From: an uncultured delta proteobacterium
Lineage (GTDB): Bacteria > Desulfobacterota > Syntrophobacteria > Syntrophobacterales > Syntrophobacteraceae
DNA length: 64,000 nt
Assembly: GCA_963808625.1 (NCBI GenBank)
Contig: CAWEHK010000030.1
Span: 32,001-96,000, forward strand
Direction of reading: 5' to 3'
Part shown: piece by piece, positions 43,657 to 55,177 of the stretch
How positions within the stretch are numbered: the stretch's first letter is position 1
Layout: each line of letters begins with the position of its first letter
Notes under the pieces: generated by a model
The model's input: the letters and a program-made list of their open reading frames with translations, nothing else
Database searches by the model: none
Told to the model about the DNA's origin: nothing
Position numbers and translations under genes: made by a program

Positions 43657-44962
43657 TCACATCTTCAAACTTCGCAGTACTGCGGCAAGGGGGGTCCGGG
43701 GTGGGCCCTCAACGGGTACCTGCAAGTGCTCCGAGGAGCTCCGAACAAGGTAAATCCGCTGCCTTGCAGGGGCTTTTGGCCACTCTTCCCGGAATGGAAC
43801 GCGGTGTTCACGAAGGAATCGGGCCAGGATTCCGGTCTTCTCTTCGCATGTTGACCCCTCGGTAAAGATATTTACAAAAAAACTTCCCCCGGAACGATCC
43901 AAGAGCCATTTCCCGAAAATGTACAAATCCTCATAGAGCGCATCGAGCAGCAACACGCCTCTGATGCGTGGACCGGTACCGCCCCGGTCGAGAACGCAGG
44001 CGAGGGGCTTGTAGCCCCCGCTGAACGCCACAAGGATGATCGGGGCTTGCGTCCAATGGCCGCCGATACTTCTTCCCAAGCTTTTGCGACAGCACTTGCG
44101 CCGCCTCCTGCATGAAAGCCTTAAACACGTTTTTTTGTGAAAATTTGCCGGGATTGGAATCGGCTGCGTTTTTGGCCAATTGCGGCAGCACCAGAATGAC
44201 ATTCTTGCCCGAGTTTTCGATTTGCCCGTCGAGCCGGTAATCCTTAAAGCTTTGTCGCACGTCGCTCCAATTGCCATGGAAGAAAACGACGTAGGAAAAA
44301 GGTTTGTTCGGGTTGAACTGACTGGGTACATAAAACAGGACGCTGCTGTCCCGGTAATGCTCTTTCTCGGAAAGTCGCTCCCAGCTCCGGGTGGTGCGAA
44401 AGCGCTCCCCGGTTCGCGGGTCGGTGAAGTCGAAGAAATTGGGGTCAACATCTTTTCCGGAATGCGGGAAGGGAGCATTGGAGAGGGCCTCAATAAAGGT
44501 CCCGTGATACTTTGGTTGATGGTTGATGGTTGATGGTTGACGGGCAATGGGTAAGGGGAGATGGGTGCTGGGTGCTGGGTGTTGAGTGCTGGGAGGAGAG
44601 TGCTGGGTGCTGGGTGCTGAGTGCTGCGTGCCGTGATGGTGTGGGCTTAGTGATAGGTGCTGAGTGCTTGGTGCTGGGTGTTGGGTGATGAGGAGCGGGG
44701 GTTATGCTCCGGGTCCTGGGTGCTTGGGGTTGTGGCAGAGCATTGGTGCCCCTTGCCCTGTCTTTCTTTTTGGCGGGTGAGGGCGCGCAGGGAGGCTCGG
44801 ATTTCGGTGGTTTTTGGGAGGGGGCTGCTGGAGTTGCTCATCCTTCGTGGGGCCTGCCTGGGCTTCCCCTGGGGATGCCGGACCAGGGCAAATGCTGATC
44901 GTCACCAGGAGGCAGAGGATGATCAGAAGATCAAACAATAACGTGGCGTCTGCTCTTAACAC
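43657..44962 (-). CDS. Exported alpha/beta-hydrolase-like protein with a repeat-derived linker (frameshifted; start uncertain)
   Basis: VVFFHG, VLPQLA, AFSGG nucleophile elbow, LLDALY; hydrophobic N-terminus. Confidence 0.7.
44515..44690. repeat. Heptamer tandem repeats (GTTGATG; TGGGTGC/TGAGTGC)
   Basis: Seen directly; a similar tract at 45073-45137. Confidence 0.85.
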
Positions 44963-45142
44963 TGTGTTTGGTTTTCGGCCTTCAGCCTGTCTTCAGCTCT
45001 TGGCTCTTAGCTCTTAGCCTTTAGTAGGACACATGCCGATCACAAAATGCACTTTGTGTATTGATGTCCCCCACCCAGCACTCATTACTCATCACTTCGT
45101 GCTCAGCACCCAGCACCCAGCACTCAGCACTCATCACTGTCC

Positions 45143-47672
45143 TCAACCATCAGGCGCCTGGAGGCGGAAAAAAGAGGGCAGGGTGGCGAAATAAATAACG
45201 GCGGCGATCCAAATCACGGTCGAGATACCGAGGCTCACCGAGATGATGGGTACGAGCACCGAACCGACAACCGAAAAGGAACCGTTGATCCCCCATGCCC
45301 ACACAAAGAAATGTTCCTTTTTCAAGCGGGAAAGCGTGGACATGCCGAGGGCGAAGGGGAATCCCATCAGGAAGGCAAGCGGAAAGAGGAGGATGAGGCA
45401 GAAAACGATCTTCGCGCCATAGGGCCATAGTCCCACCAGGCCCAGAATGCGATCGAGGAAAACGGCATAGAGCGCGAGCATTCCCGTTATCGCGCAGCCA
45501 ACGACCACGATTGCCCGCTTCGCCATGGGCACAAAGCGGGCTGAAAGATAACTGCCCAGGCCGGAAAAGAGGAGCATTCCCGTTACCAGGATGGCCACCG
45601 ATACCGTGGCATTCCCCAGACAGAGGATGTACTTGCTGATCATGGCGATTTCGACAAAAATATAACCAAGACCGAGACAAAGGAAATAGACGATCACGCC
45701 GAGCTTGCCCCGATGCCGCTGGAAGAAGGCACGCCATCCGAAGATCATGGGCAGGAGCATGAGCATGCAACCGAAGAGAACCGACAGGAACAGCGTCGCC
45801 CATAACAGGAGATAGCCCCATTCATCGGAGATGGCTTCCAACTTGTCGATGAACTTAGGGATGTCGGGGATTTTCAAGTAGCCCGCAAAGTATGGCCGTT
45901 CATTGGTCAGCGGTTCGATGTTAAAGACATACCCTGCCTCAACCTCCTCCACATGACCGGCAATGAGGCGGCTGGCCACCAGGCGGTAGAGGTTTCCCAT
46001 GGACATATCGACGCCGGATTCCGAGGATTCATCGGTCTGGGGCGCAAAGAAGATGTTGCGATAGGCTTCGAAAACCTTTTCGAGGTCCCCTTCGGGTGGG
46101 GTCTGTCCGGGAGCGTAGACGATTTCGAAGCTCATCCGCTTGCAGTACCTGATGAGCTTTTGCACCTCCTCATCCGAGAACCCGCCCTTCTTGTAAAGCG
46201 CGGTGAAGGTGGAGAGGTAGGTATGGGCCATGAAAAAATCCCGGGAGATATCTTGCGAGCCCGCCTCCTGAGCCGCCGTGATCAGGGTTGTCATGAGCTT
46301 CATCGTGGACTTTGGCGGGTCTTCCTTATTCCAGACGGTAATCGAAAAAATGCCGTCTTTCCCCAAAGCGCGCATGCAGGCAAGGAAGGTTTCCCGGGTG
46401 TAGGTAAACTTCTCATAGATCGAGGAGCCTCCCGGCGAGGAGAGACCCGTCGAATCAGCCAGGCTCAGGTCAATGATATCAAAGGATTCGTTGGCCTTTC
46501 TTACGTAGATTCTGCCGTCGCTGGTGATGAGGCGGACCTTTGGGTTGTCGAGGATATTTCCGGTGAACTCGGCGATGAAATTCTTGTCCTTCACCGCGTC
46601 GATGATCATGGGGTTGCCCTCGGCCACGGTGACCTTCTCGGCCCCGAGCTTGAGCGCCACGTTGGTGGATATGCCTCCGCCGAACTGGATGACGAGCACC
46701 TGGGGATGCGGCTTCAGGAGGTAGGGCATGGAGAGCGGAAGGAACTTCACATACTCCGTCTCATCTTCGGTCAGGTTTTTCATGATCCCGATGGGCCCGT
46801 CACCATCGATGTACATCCCAAGATAGGCATTTTCGGGCATCGTTTCGAGATACAGGGTCGCGGTGTCACTCAGTCCCGGCGCAAAATGGAAGTAGGAACT
46901 GGAATAGACCTCGAGATATCCGAAGGGGCTCGCCGCCTCGTAGACCCTCTTGGTGTCCGGGAAATTCCTGGCGTAACTGACGCCCTTGTAGGGCGAGATG
47001 GTGATCTGGCTGAACTGCCAGCCCATGAACAGGGCCAGAACGGCGGAAACGGCCAGGACGGGGATGAGCCTGGCTTGCTGCTGACTGACGAACCAGAAGA
47101 TGGCCCCCAGAAACCACAGGGCAATGGGAATGAGAAACAGGTGTTCCGGCAGGAAATAATACATGCCGGCAAACAGGACCATGCCGCCGAGCCCCGACCC
47201 CGCCATATTGGCAAAGTAGGCCTTCCCAAAATTGGCCTGCCCCATCAGGAAGAACAGGCCCAGAAACATGGCTCCGAGCAGGAAGGGGACAAAGTAGAGG
47301 AGGAAGTAACGAGGCGAGATAGAATTTCTGACTGGGATCGGAAACCAGGAAAATCGGGTTGAAAGGCACTTCCTGCGCCAGGGAGTTGACGGCCAGCATG
47401 GCCGGTCCCAGCAGCAGGAGGGCGAGGTTGATCCAGAAGATCAGGGTTTTTCCGAAGAATTGCTTCCAGATGCAGAGGGCCGTGCTGAAGACTCCGAACC
47501 CGAACATGGCGATGCTGATGACGGTGGAACCGAAGTGGGACCAGCCGCCAATCGCGAACACCCGCATGATGAAGAGTTCGTAGCCGAGAATCGACCCCGA
47601 GACAAAAGCAACAGCAAGATAAGCTGAAACGGGAATGGAATCCCGTCCTATGGGATGGCTGTGCATCATCAT
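45143..47672 (-). CDS. Multi-pass membrane protein with a spermidine-synthase-like SAM-binding domain (frameshift near 47310)
   Basis: N- and C-terminal TM bundles; VLVIQFGGG, AEGNP, SDGRIYV, FDIIDL, LGYIFVEI, WAWGINGSFSV. Confidence 0.85.
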
Positions 47673-48693
47673 TTGTTAAAGTGAGTCCCGCCTCCCTTTT
47701 TGGTGAAGGGAACGAAAGCCACTTTCCGCTGGCCGTGGTAGATATCTTCCCGGGCGATCACCACATTCCCGTCCTGATCCGTATTCTTGGTCACTTTCAT
47801 AACGATCTGGGCGCCGGGCGGACCGACCGGAATGACCAGGCTGCCGCCAACCTTCAACTGTTTGAGAAGGGGCGGGGGGATGTGGTCGATGCCGCAGGTG
47901 ACGATGATTTTATCAAATGGTCCATACTCTTCCCACCCGTAATACCCGTCATCCGCCTTCCGCTTGATATTGTTGTACTCGGGGTAGCCGGAGGCCGCGA
48001 GGTCCGTGTAAATCTTGTCCGTCTCTCCCGCCAGTTTTTCTATGATTTCGATGGTATATACCTTGTCGGTGAGGTAGGAGATGACGGCGGACTGGTATCC
48101 GGAACCGGTGCCTATTTCGAGCACCTTTTCACCGGGTTGGATGTCAAGGGCGGAAGTCATCCTGCTGACGAGGTGAGGGCCGGAGATGGTCACCCCATAT
48201 CCAATGTCCAGGAAGGCATGCTCGTAGGCCCTTTTGAGGTTCCATTTGCGGCAGAATTTCTCTCTGGGCGTGAGCAGAAAGGCCCTCATTTCCTTCTCGC
48301 GCCACACGTCCTTGTTTTCAATCAGATGCAGGTAGCGGTCGTAGCGTTGCTCCAGATAATCGGGGTCTTCTTTCCGGTGTTCTTTCATGAACTGGACGAA
48401 GTGTTCCTCCGAGTCATGGGGAGGGGCCAGCTTGTCGGCCAGCGACTGGCCCGATGGCTTCGGCGGTTCTTCGGGCTTTCTTTTCGGATCGCGGGCTCTT
48501 TTGCCGGGGCGCTCTGGTTATCGGCAGCGGCAATCAGAGTATGGGGCTGGTTCTGCTGGCTGCCGAAAAGCCTTGAGCAGGGCCGCCGAGATTAAGAACA
48601 AGAAAAGCAATCAATGCCGTGGCGGCAAAGATTTCTGGCCATGCGTGACTCGCTCTCGCTTCCGAGATTGATATAAAGTTTAAAAGTTTTCAC
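47669..48693 (-). CDS. Protein-L-isoaspartate O-methyltransferase-like protein with an N-terminal hydrophobic extension
   Basis: GVTISGPH, VLEIGTGSGYQ, GPFDKIIVT, LVIPVG; upstream frames give IFAATALIAFLVLNL and a Pro/Glu/Lys linker; GTG at 48693 with GGAG (needs frameshift correction). Confidence 0.85.
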
Positions 48694-48969
48694 ACGTCTA
48701 CTCCATCCCTTGGCTTCTCACAAGGTGTCAAAATCTGGTTTAATGGTTATATTCTACCGTGACTCCGTTCATGCCCGATTTGCGATAGATCTCATTCTGG
48801 AGATGCGAAAAGAAAGAACCATTTTCAAATGCCGCTTCAAGAAGCCAAAAGAACGGGGTTTTGTCAAGCGCCTTTTGGTGAGATCGATAAATCTCTCCTG
48901 GCAATCGTGCGAGGCGATCGACTATACATTGCTCTGTAATGTAAAAACCAATGATTGGAGGATCAAACA

Positions 48970-49456
48970 ATGGCCGAAGCAAGAACTTCAGAGCAGAAGG
49001 CAGGGCACGGATGCCTCTTCCGCAGAAAGCATCCTGCACCTTTATCTGCAGCCGTGACACTCTGGACGGGGCTTACCCGTCGCTCATGTTGGCATAAACG
49101 CTCGCCGGCAGGGAATGGATGCGACCATTTTCTATACCTTATGGGCATCAACGTGATCCGCAGGGACCGGGCCAAACGCTCCAAGTTCATTCCTGCCGGT
49201 TTCATGGGGGCGATTCCGGGGATGGCATCCGTCGCCACCTGGATGATGAAGCGGCAGATCGACAAGGCCGGTATGCCGACCGTTGAGGAGCTCCTCGAGA
49301 TGGCCCAACTGGAGGGAGTGAAATTCGTGGCGTGCAAGATGACCATGGATATGATGGAGCTCAAACCGGAGGACTTCATCGAAGGCATCGAAATTCAGAC
49401 GGCAGAAGCACTACATAGAGCACGCCAAAGAGTGCAAGCTGAATATGTTCACCTAG
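48970..49456 (+). CDS. DsrE2-like (DsrE/DsrF/DrsH) sulfur-relay protein (frameshifted)
   Basis: TFICSRDTLDGAYP, MMKRQI, GVKFVACKMTMDMM. Confidence 0.85.
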
Positions 49457-49634
49457 AAGGCAATGGCTGGTGAACAGTGGCTAGTGCGCGTAGTGCAAAA
49501 GTTCGTGCTACGTTTCCGGTGGGCAAAAAAACCTGCCCGTCACGGAACCGGAACACTGTAGGGTGGGCACGGCTTCTGGTGCCCACGGGAACGGCACAGG
49601 AACTTATACGGGCGTGTCCTGACGGGGTCAGTGA

Positions 49635-49974
49635 TCAGTCGCAGGGATCTGCGGTAGGTGCTGGATTGATGAGCCCTTTCAGGTATTCTTCCCATTCCAT
49701 GGGGAGCAAATATTTTTTGCGGTTATTGCATGCTTTGCAGGCCGGCGCCACATTGCCCCTCGTGGATCGCCCGCCGCGCACGACCGGGACGATATGATCC
49801 ATGGTCAAATCTTCAGGAGCCACCTTCCTCCCGCAATAGTGACACTCCCCTCGGGCCAGCTTGCGCTGCCACCATTGGGATTTGCGGAGTGCTCTGGCCT
49901 TTTCCTTCTCCCGTCCGAATGGTTTCCGGAGAGGTTTCCACCAGAAAATTGATATGGTTCGTTGTCGGTCCCAT
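49635..49974 (-). CDS. Small HNH endonuclease (frameshift near 49912)
   Basis: ARALRKSQWW, CHYCG, MDHIVPVVRGG, ACKACNNRK. Confidence 0.88.
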
Positions 49975-50053
49975 GGATCGGTTAAATGGTTCCTTCTGCT
50001 TGCCTGGAGCCTACCTGTGCAGGGAGCGGGCCTGCTTTATTGAAAAAACAAAT

Positions 50054-50155
50054 ATTGAATAACGAACAAGGAATTTCGAATGATGAAGTTTTCCTCATCA
50101 GAGTCCTTGCTCTCCTTCGACATTCTGCGGTTCCTTGTTCGATATTCGATATTCA
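50054..50155. repeat. Imperfect intergenic palindrome
   Basis: CGAACAAGGAA ... TTCCTTGTTCG arms. Confidence 0.6.
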
Positions 50156-50219
50156 GCCGAGTTGTCGATCATGCTCTCAGCCAGAGCAAACCGCCCCAGC
50201 TTTCCAAGCAAGATCCGGT

Positions 50220-51668
50220 TTAAGGAGCACCCTTCAGGGCCACATAGAACGTGTTCTTTCCGCGTTTGACCAGCAGCAGCAGGCTCTCCCCTTTCTTTAT
50301 CTTCTGCAGGGCCTGATTGTAGTCCCTGATATTTTGAATGTTTTGGCGGTTTACCTGCTTGATCAAATCCCCGGGGCGCAGCTTGGCTTCGAATGCCGTG
50401 CTCCCCGGCTTGATGTCGGAAATCACGACGCCGCGCTCATTCTCCTCCCATCCAAAACGCTGTGCCAGCTCCGGGGTGAGGTTCTGCACGGTCAACCCCC
50501 AGGCGCTCTTTTCTTCTGCTACCGGCGCTTCCGCCGTCTCGTCAGGCATGGTGCCGATGGTTACCTTGATCTCCTTACTTTTACCGTCGCGAACCAGTTC
50601 CACTTTGGTCTGGGTGTTGGGTGCCGTTGCGGCTACCAGGCGCGAGAGCGTGTGGGCGTTGTCGAGTTCCTTGCCATTGAAGTGGGTGATGATGTCACCC
50701 CGCTTGAGACCGGCTTTATCGGCGGGACCATCCGTGACCACATCACCCACCAGCACCCCGGTGGTCTGCTTGATGCCAAAGGATTCGGCCAACTCCGGGG
50801 TAATGTCCTGAATCATCACCCCGAGCCACCCGCGGGTCACTTTGCCGGACTTCAATTGCGGCAGGATCTCTTTTACGAGGTTGATCGGGATGGCGAAGCC
50901 GATTCCCTGACCCTGCGCGACGATGGCCGTGTTGACCCCGACCACTTCGCCATTCATATTGAAGAGGGGACCGCCGCTGTTGCCGGGGTTGATCGCCGCA
51001 TCCGTCTGGAGGAAATCGTCATACGGTCCGGCGCCGATGACGCGCCCTTTCGCGCTGATGATCCCGGCGGTGATCGTGTTGCCCAGGCCAAAGGGATTAC
51101 CGGAAGCCATGACCCAGTCACCCACCCGCGTCGCGCCCGAATTTCCCAGTTGCGCGGGTTTTGGAAAGTCGGCGCCAGGGCTGACTTTGATCAGCGCAAC
51201 ATCCGTCTTGGGGTCCCGCGCCACCACCTTGGCATCGTAATCCTTTCCCGCGTCGGTTTTGATCTTGATTTCGTCGGCCTTTTCAACGACATGGTTGTTG
51301 GTGAGAATGAGCCCATCGTCATCAATCACAAATCCGGAGCCGAGAGCATGAGTCTTCATCGGACCCTGGCCCTGAGACCCGTCCCCGAAAAAGCGCCGCA
51401 AGAACTCATCTCCAAAAAAATCGCGAAAGGGTGAATTCGGCCCGATGAAAGGCTGCATGGGACCTTCTTTGATCACTTGCGTGGTGGAAATATTGACTAC
51501 GGCATGATTGACCCGCTCGGCCAGGTCGGCAAAAGAAGGCGGTCCCTGCGGCCCCGGGCCCGAAAGAGCATGAGAAGTGCCGGTGGATGAAAAGAACAGC
51601 ATGCACGAGATGAGAAGTAGAAAACTGCCCGTCCTGATCGCCTTGGATCTTACCTTCTGGAATTTCAT
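50220..51668 (-). CDS. DegP/DegQ (HtrA) serine protease with two PDZ domains
   Basis: LGSGF, TNNHV, DVALI, QTDAAINPGNSGGPL, RGWLGV. Confidence 0.95.
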   Translation of the reverse strand: MKFQKVRSKAIRTGSFLLLISCMLFFSSTGTSHALSGPGPQGPPSFADLAERVNHAVVNISTTQVIKEGPMQPFIGPNSPFRDFFGDEFLRRFFGDGSQGQGPMKTHALGSGFVIDDDGLILTNNHVVEKADEIKIKTDAGKDYDAKVVARDPKTDVALIKVSPGADFPKPAQLGNSGATRVGDWVMASGNPFGLGNTITAGIISAKGRVIGAGPYDDFLQTDAAINPGNSGGPLFNMNGEVVGVNTAIVAQGQGIGFAIPINLVKEILPQLKSGKVTRGWLGVMIQDITPELAESFGIKQTTGVLVGDVVTDGPADKAGLKRGDIITHFNGKELDNAHTLSRLVAATAPNTQTKVELVRDGKSKEIKVTIGTMPDETAEAPVAEEKSAWGLTVQNLTPELAQRFGWEENERGVVISDIKPGSTAFEAKLRPGDLIKQVNRQNIQNIRDYNQALQKIKKGESLLLLVKRGKNTFYVALKGAP

Positions 51669-51895
51669 TAACACTCCTTTTCTTAAACGAGGCCTGACTC
51701 CGTGGATCGTCAACGCTGCCACTCCTCCTGTGCGGGTCGCTCTCAAACGTCCCATCCTGCGAGCCCGATACCATTTCCCTTGCCTGATCCCTTCCAAGAG
51801 TCCCCGAATTTGAGTTATAGAAAGATAATCAAAACAGGCGAAAAGGCAAGGTTGGGATGGTGACGAAGGGAGGATCTCTTTTGACGAAGGAACGT

Positions 51896-52216
51896 ATGAC
51901 CTGGATCGAGGCCTGTGAAAAGGCCAAAGCAATGGTGGCGAGCGGCCGGGAGATGGGCCATCTTTATCGCCAGGCCCTCCAGTACTATGGCGAAGGAGAG
52001 CTGCGAACGGAAGTCCAGTCCTCAGCGTTTGACGCGATTCGAGATGAGGACCTGCGGCACGAAATCTTCGCCAACGAGGAAACCATGTTGAGTTTCTTCT
52101 GTGGCATATGGATCCAGTTCCTGCTCACGGAAATTGCCGGGCTCAAGGGAGAGGAACTGCGCACTCTTGCCCTGAAGGTGTTCAAGGATTCTCAAGGACG
52201 TCAGGCCCTCCACTAA
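51896..52216 (+). CDS. Hypothetical protein
   Basis: AAGGA RBS; helical composition. Confidence 0.65.
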   Translation: MTWIEACEKAKAMVASGREMGHLYRQALQYYGEGELRTEVQSSAFDAIRDEDLRHEIFANEETMLSFFCGIWIQFLLTEIAGLKGEELRTLALKVFKDSQGRQALH

Positions 52217-52246
52217 AGACACCCCACTCCTTTCGATCCGTTTTCA

Positions 52247-52497
52247 AACCACGGAACACACGGAACACCCGGAAAAGTCACTTCTGATATTTTGCGTCTC
52301 GTATCCCAAATTGAGCGATTGCATTGCATCGGGGTGAGAGAATCCCCGATTCTTCGCGGGTGGGGATAAACCCCGCCCCTACTGAGCGGGTTGGCCAGCC
52401 TCTCGTAGGAACGGGCTTTACGCCCGCCCGGATCGGCTGCCGGACCCTCAAAATCGCTCACATTGGGTCGTATGTTTGTTCCGTGTATTCCGTGGTG
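52247..52497. repeat. Nested repeat: ACCACGGAA...TTCCGTGGT arms around GTAG-type REP hairpins
   Basis: GGGTGGGGATAAACCCCGCCCCTAC and GTAGGAACGGGCTTTACGCCCG inside. Confidence 0.7.
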
Positions 52498-52518
52498 AAA
52501 TCTTTGCGATGGCCGCGC

Positions 52519-54747
52519 CTATAACCTTCCGGGTCCTTCCTCCCGGCCGTAATCTTCGACCGCACAGCGATTCTTGGGCAGGCATGCGAAGAACCGCTCG
52601 GCCTCCAAGAAGTTCCTGAAACGCACAGTCATCCTCACCATGGGTTGGTCATGCTTATCGATGAGACTTTCCAGGCTCTGAATGAGGATATTGGATGGAG
52701 CGCGGGCGAGGGCCGGGATCAGGGAGTGGAGGGTTTCCAGAAAGACGTTGACCTGAAATGCGAGCGGATGCCGCCAATCCAGATCTTTGTTCCAATTCAC
52801 GTCCAGGAACTGCTGCGGCTCGAGGTCGTGGCGGAGCAGGTCCCTGCAGTCCTTGTGATGAAACGTGGTGCCGCGTTCGCTCAAGATGGCAACCAGGTCG
52901 TCCTGGCCGGGGTAGGGGTCGCAGCATCGGGCAAATTTGTGGATCGCCCGGTCGAGTTCGGAGACGGTAAGGTGGTTTCTCTCGACCGGGAGGGACTTGA
53001 GCGTGCTCCTGGGTCCGGTGTGGTCCGAGTCGTGCGGTGGTGGCATGAGATAATACAGAATGAGGTGCGGCGATAGAAGGTCCTGCCCCACTCGCGTAAA
53101 AACCTCCGGCAGGTCCTTTAAATTCAGAAATTCCATGACAAAGTTGATATTTTCCCCGCTCAGGATTGCGTCCGGCAAACCATGTCGGCGAATCTCCTGC
53201 AGGAGGATCTCTTCGCCAACCTTCTGCGCATAGCGCAGCCGTTTTTGGTGCAGTTTCTTGTTGATCGCCGAACGGGACCGGGGAGTCTTGCACAGGATTT
53301 CGAGCTCAGGGTCGACTTCGAGGGGTTCCGAAGAGGTCAGGATTTCGATTACGTCCCCGTCCTTGAGAACATGCGTGAGAGGGCCCCATTCATTATTGAC
53401 CATCGCACCGGTGCAAAAATCGCCCAATTCGGAGTGAATCTTGTAGGCAAAATCGAGCACGATGCTTCCCTTGGGCAGGTAGTAGAGATCGCCCTTTGGC
53501 GAATAAACGAAGATCTCTTCGGCTTCGGAGAGTCGAATCAGGGCCTTGCGCTGGGGTCCGGCGCCACCGTATTCACCGATCGTGCGCAGCAATTCGCTGA
53601 TCTCCTGCCAATGCTCATCACTCAACGGTTTCTGCGCATTCCATTCGGTCAGGATGCCGTAGGTGGCCCACTCATCCATGCTGGGGGTCCGAATCTTAAT
53701 GAGATAGTTGGCCCCCCCGGCATGAATCCGCACGTGCAGGCTTCGATAGCCGGTATTCTTCGGGGTGGCAATGAAGTCCCGGAGGCTCCTCGGGATGAGG
53801 GGAAAGGTCGTGTTGACAATGCCCAGTGCCGTGTAGCAGTCAACCAAGTTCTCGGTTTCCAGGATGATCCCGAAATCCACATAATTTTCGGTATTGGTGA
53901 TCTCGAGGGTGCGTTTGAGGGGATCATAATAGCTGCCCAGACCCTTGGCGCGGGGCCGCAGGGTCATCGGGCAGGAGGCGTCGGCAAACGCTTTCTGAAG
54001 GGCTTGCACAATCTCCACGAACGCGGGTGAGTTGCGAAAAGCATGGATAAATTGGAGGATCTTCTTGCTCTTCCGGGGATAGAGATAGGCAAGGGCGAGA
54101 TGGTAGAGTTCCCGTTTGAGGGGGAAGATATTGAACTTTGCCGCAATGGGCGCGTAAACTTCGATGGTCTCCTGGGCAATGCGCTGCCGTTTGGCCTTGG
54201 GTAAATGGTGCAGCGTGCGCAGATTGTGCAGACGATCGGCCAGCTTGATCACGAGCACGCCAAGGCGCCTGCTCGCGCTCAGGAAAATCTTGCTGTGCGT
54301 GAGGTCCTTGAGCGTGGCGCGGTCGATGTGATGACGGGTCAGCTTGGTGCAGCCGTCGACCAGCTCCGCTACGACCTCGCCAAACTGAGCCACAATATCT
54401 TCCTGGGTAATTTGGGGTATGTCCTCAACGACATCGTGGAGCAAGGCCGCGGAGAGCAGGTGCGGGTCCCTGAAGCGCAGCTCCCGCGCGAGAATCTCGG
54501 CTACCGCACAGGGATGACTGATGTAGGGTGCGCCCGACTTGCGCCGTTGATCCTTGTGGAGCTCTCCGGCAAACTCCAGGGCGTGAAAAAAAACCTGGTT
54601 CGCTTCGTCACCATAATCGAGGTACTTGGCCATGCGCGAGCGATACTGCTCCAGGTCAAAAAAATGGGGCTCCCTTCCTGACGCTGCAGGAAAAGAATAA
54701 GTCGCCTGGCCGTCAATAACGTCGAATGTCGTCGTGTCCTCGCGCAT
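52519..54747 (-). CDS. Long RelA/SpoT homologue: intact HD hydrolase, degenerate synthetase, TGS domain
   Basis: RKSGAPYISHP, LHDVVED, KLADRLHN, GYRSLH, DFAYKIHS, ARCCDP. Confidence 0.92.
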   Translation of the reverse strand: MREDTTTFDVIDGQATYSFPAASGREPHFFDLEQYRSRMAKYLDYGDEANQVFFHALEFAGELHKDQRRKSGAPYISHPCAVAEILARELRFRDPHLLSAALLHDVVEDIPQITQEDIVAQFGEVVAELVDGCTKLTRHHIDRATLKDLTHSKIFLSASRRLGVLVIKLADRLHNLRTLHHLPKAKRQRIAQETIEVYAPIAAKFNIFPLKRELYHLALAYLYPRKSKKILQFIHAFRNSPAFVEIVQALQKAFADASCPMTLRPRAKGLGSYYDPLKRTLEITNTENYVDFGIILETENLVDCYTALGIVNTTFPLIPRSLRDFIATPKNTGYRSLHVRIHAGGANYLIKIRTPSMDEWATYGILTEWNAQKPLSDEHWQEISELLRTIGEYGGAGPQRKALIRLSEAEEIFVYSPKGDLYYLPKGSIVLDFAYKIHSELGDFCTGAMVNNEWGPLTHVLKDGDVIEILTSSEPLEVDPELEILCKTPRSRSAINKKLHQKRLRYAQKVGEEILLQEIRRHGLPDAILSGENINFVMEFLNLKDLPEVFTRVGQDLLSPHLILYYLMPPPHDSDHTGPRSTLKSLPVERNHLTVSELDRAIHKFARCCDPYPGQDDLVAILSERGTTFHHKDCRDLLRHDLEPQQFLDVNWNKDLDWRHPLAFQVNVFLETLHSLIPALARAPSNILIQSLESLIDKHDQPMVRMTVRFRNFLEAERFFACLPKNRCAVEDYGREEGPGRL

Positions 54748-54983
54748 CGAATGCTCTTTCTTCCCGGTGGATGTCACGCAAGCTGCTGGAAACGATAAGC
54801 ACAAGGGCAGACGACATCGTATATTAAGCCAATGAAGCTCCCCACGAAAGTATACCGTTAAATGACATTTATATTTATGAGAAAGAGGCAGAGAGATTGA
54901 AAAAGCGCTTCCCTCACGTGTGGCGTAATTTCAGAAGGATGAGGGTCAAGCTCTGGTATAGCTTTTGACGGTTAGCATTTGGC

Positions 54984-55012
54984 TTGACTTGGCGGCGAAA
55001 TTTTATTAGGTT
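54984..55012 (+). promoter_or_regulatory. Putative sigma70 promoter for the tRNA pair
   Basis: TTGACT-17 bp-TAGGTT ending 11 nt before tRNA-Gln. Confidence 0.55.
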
Positions 55013-55023
55013 GCCGAGGTCGT

Positions 55024-55097
<74 letters not shown>

Positions 55098-55101
55098 CCA
55101 T

Positions 55102-55177
55102 GGTCCCATCGTCTAGTGGCCTAGGATATCGGCCTCTCACGCCGAAGACACGGGTTCGAACCCCGTTGGGACTACCA
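55102..55177 (+). tRNA. tRNA-Glu(CTC)
   Basis: Acceptor GGTCCCA/TGGGACT, anticodon arm TCGGC-CTCTCAC-GCCGA, GGTTCGAACCC, CCA. Confidence 0.96.

Noticed and set aside
49635..49974. HNH gene as IscB, Cas9 or a homing element
   Set aside because: Only about 110 aa, with no RuvC motifs and no associated RNA or array; it looks like a common stand-alone HNH.
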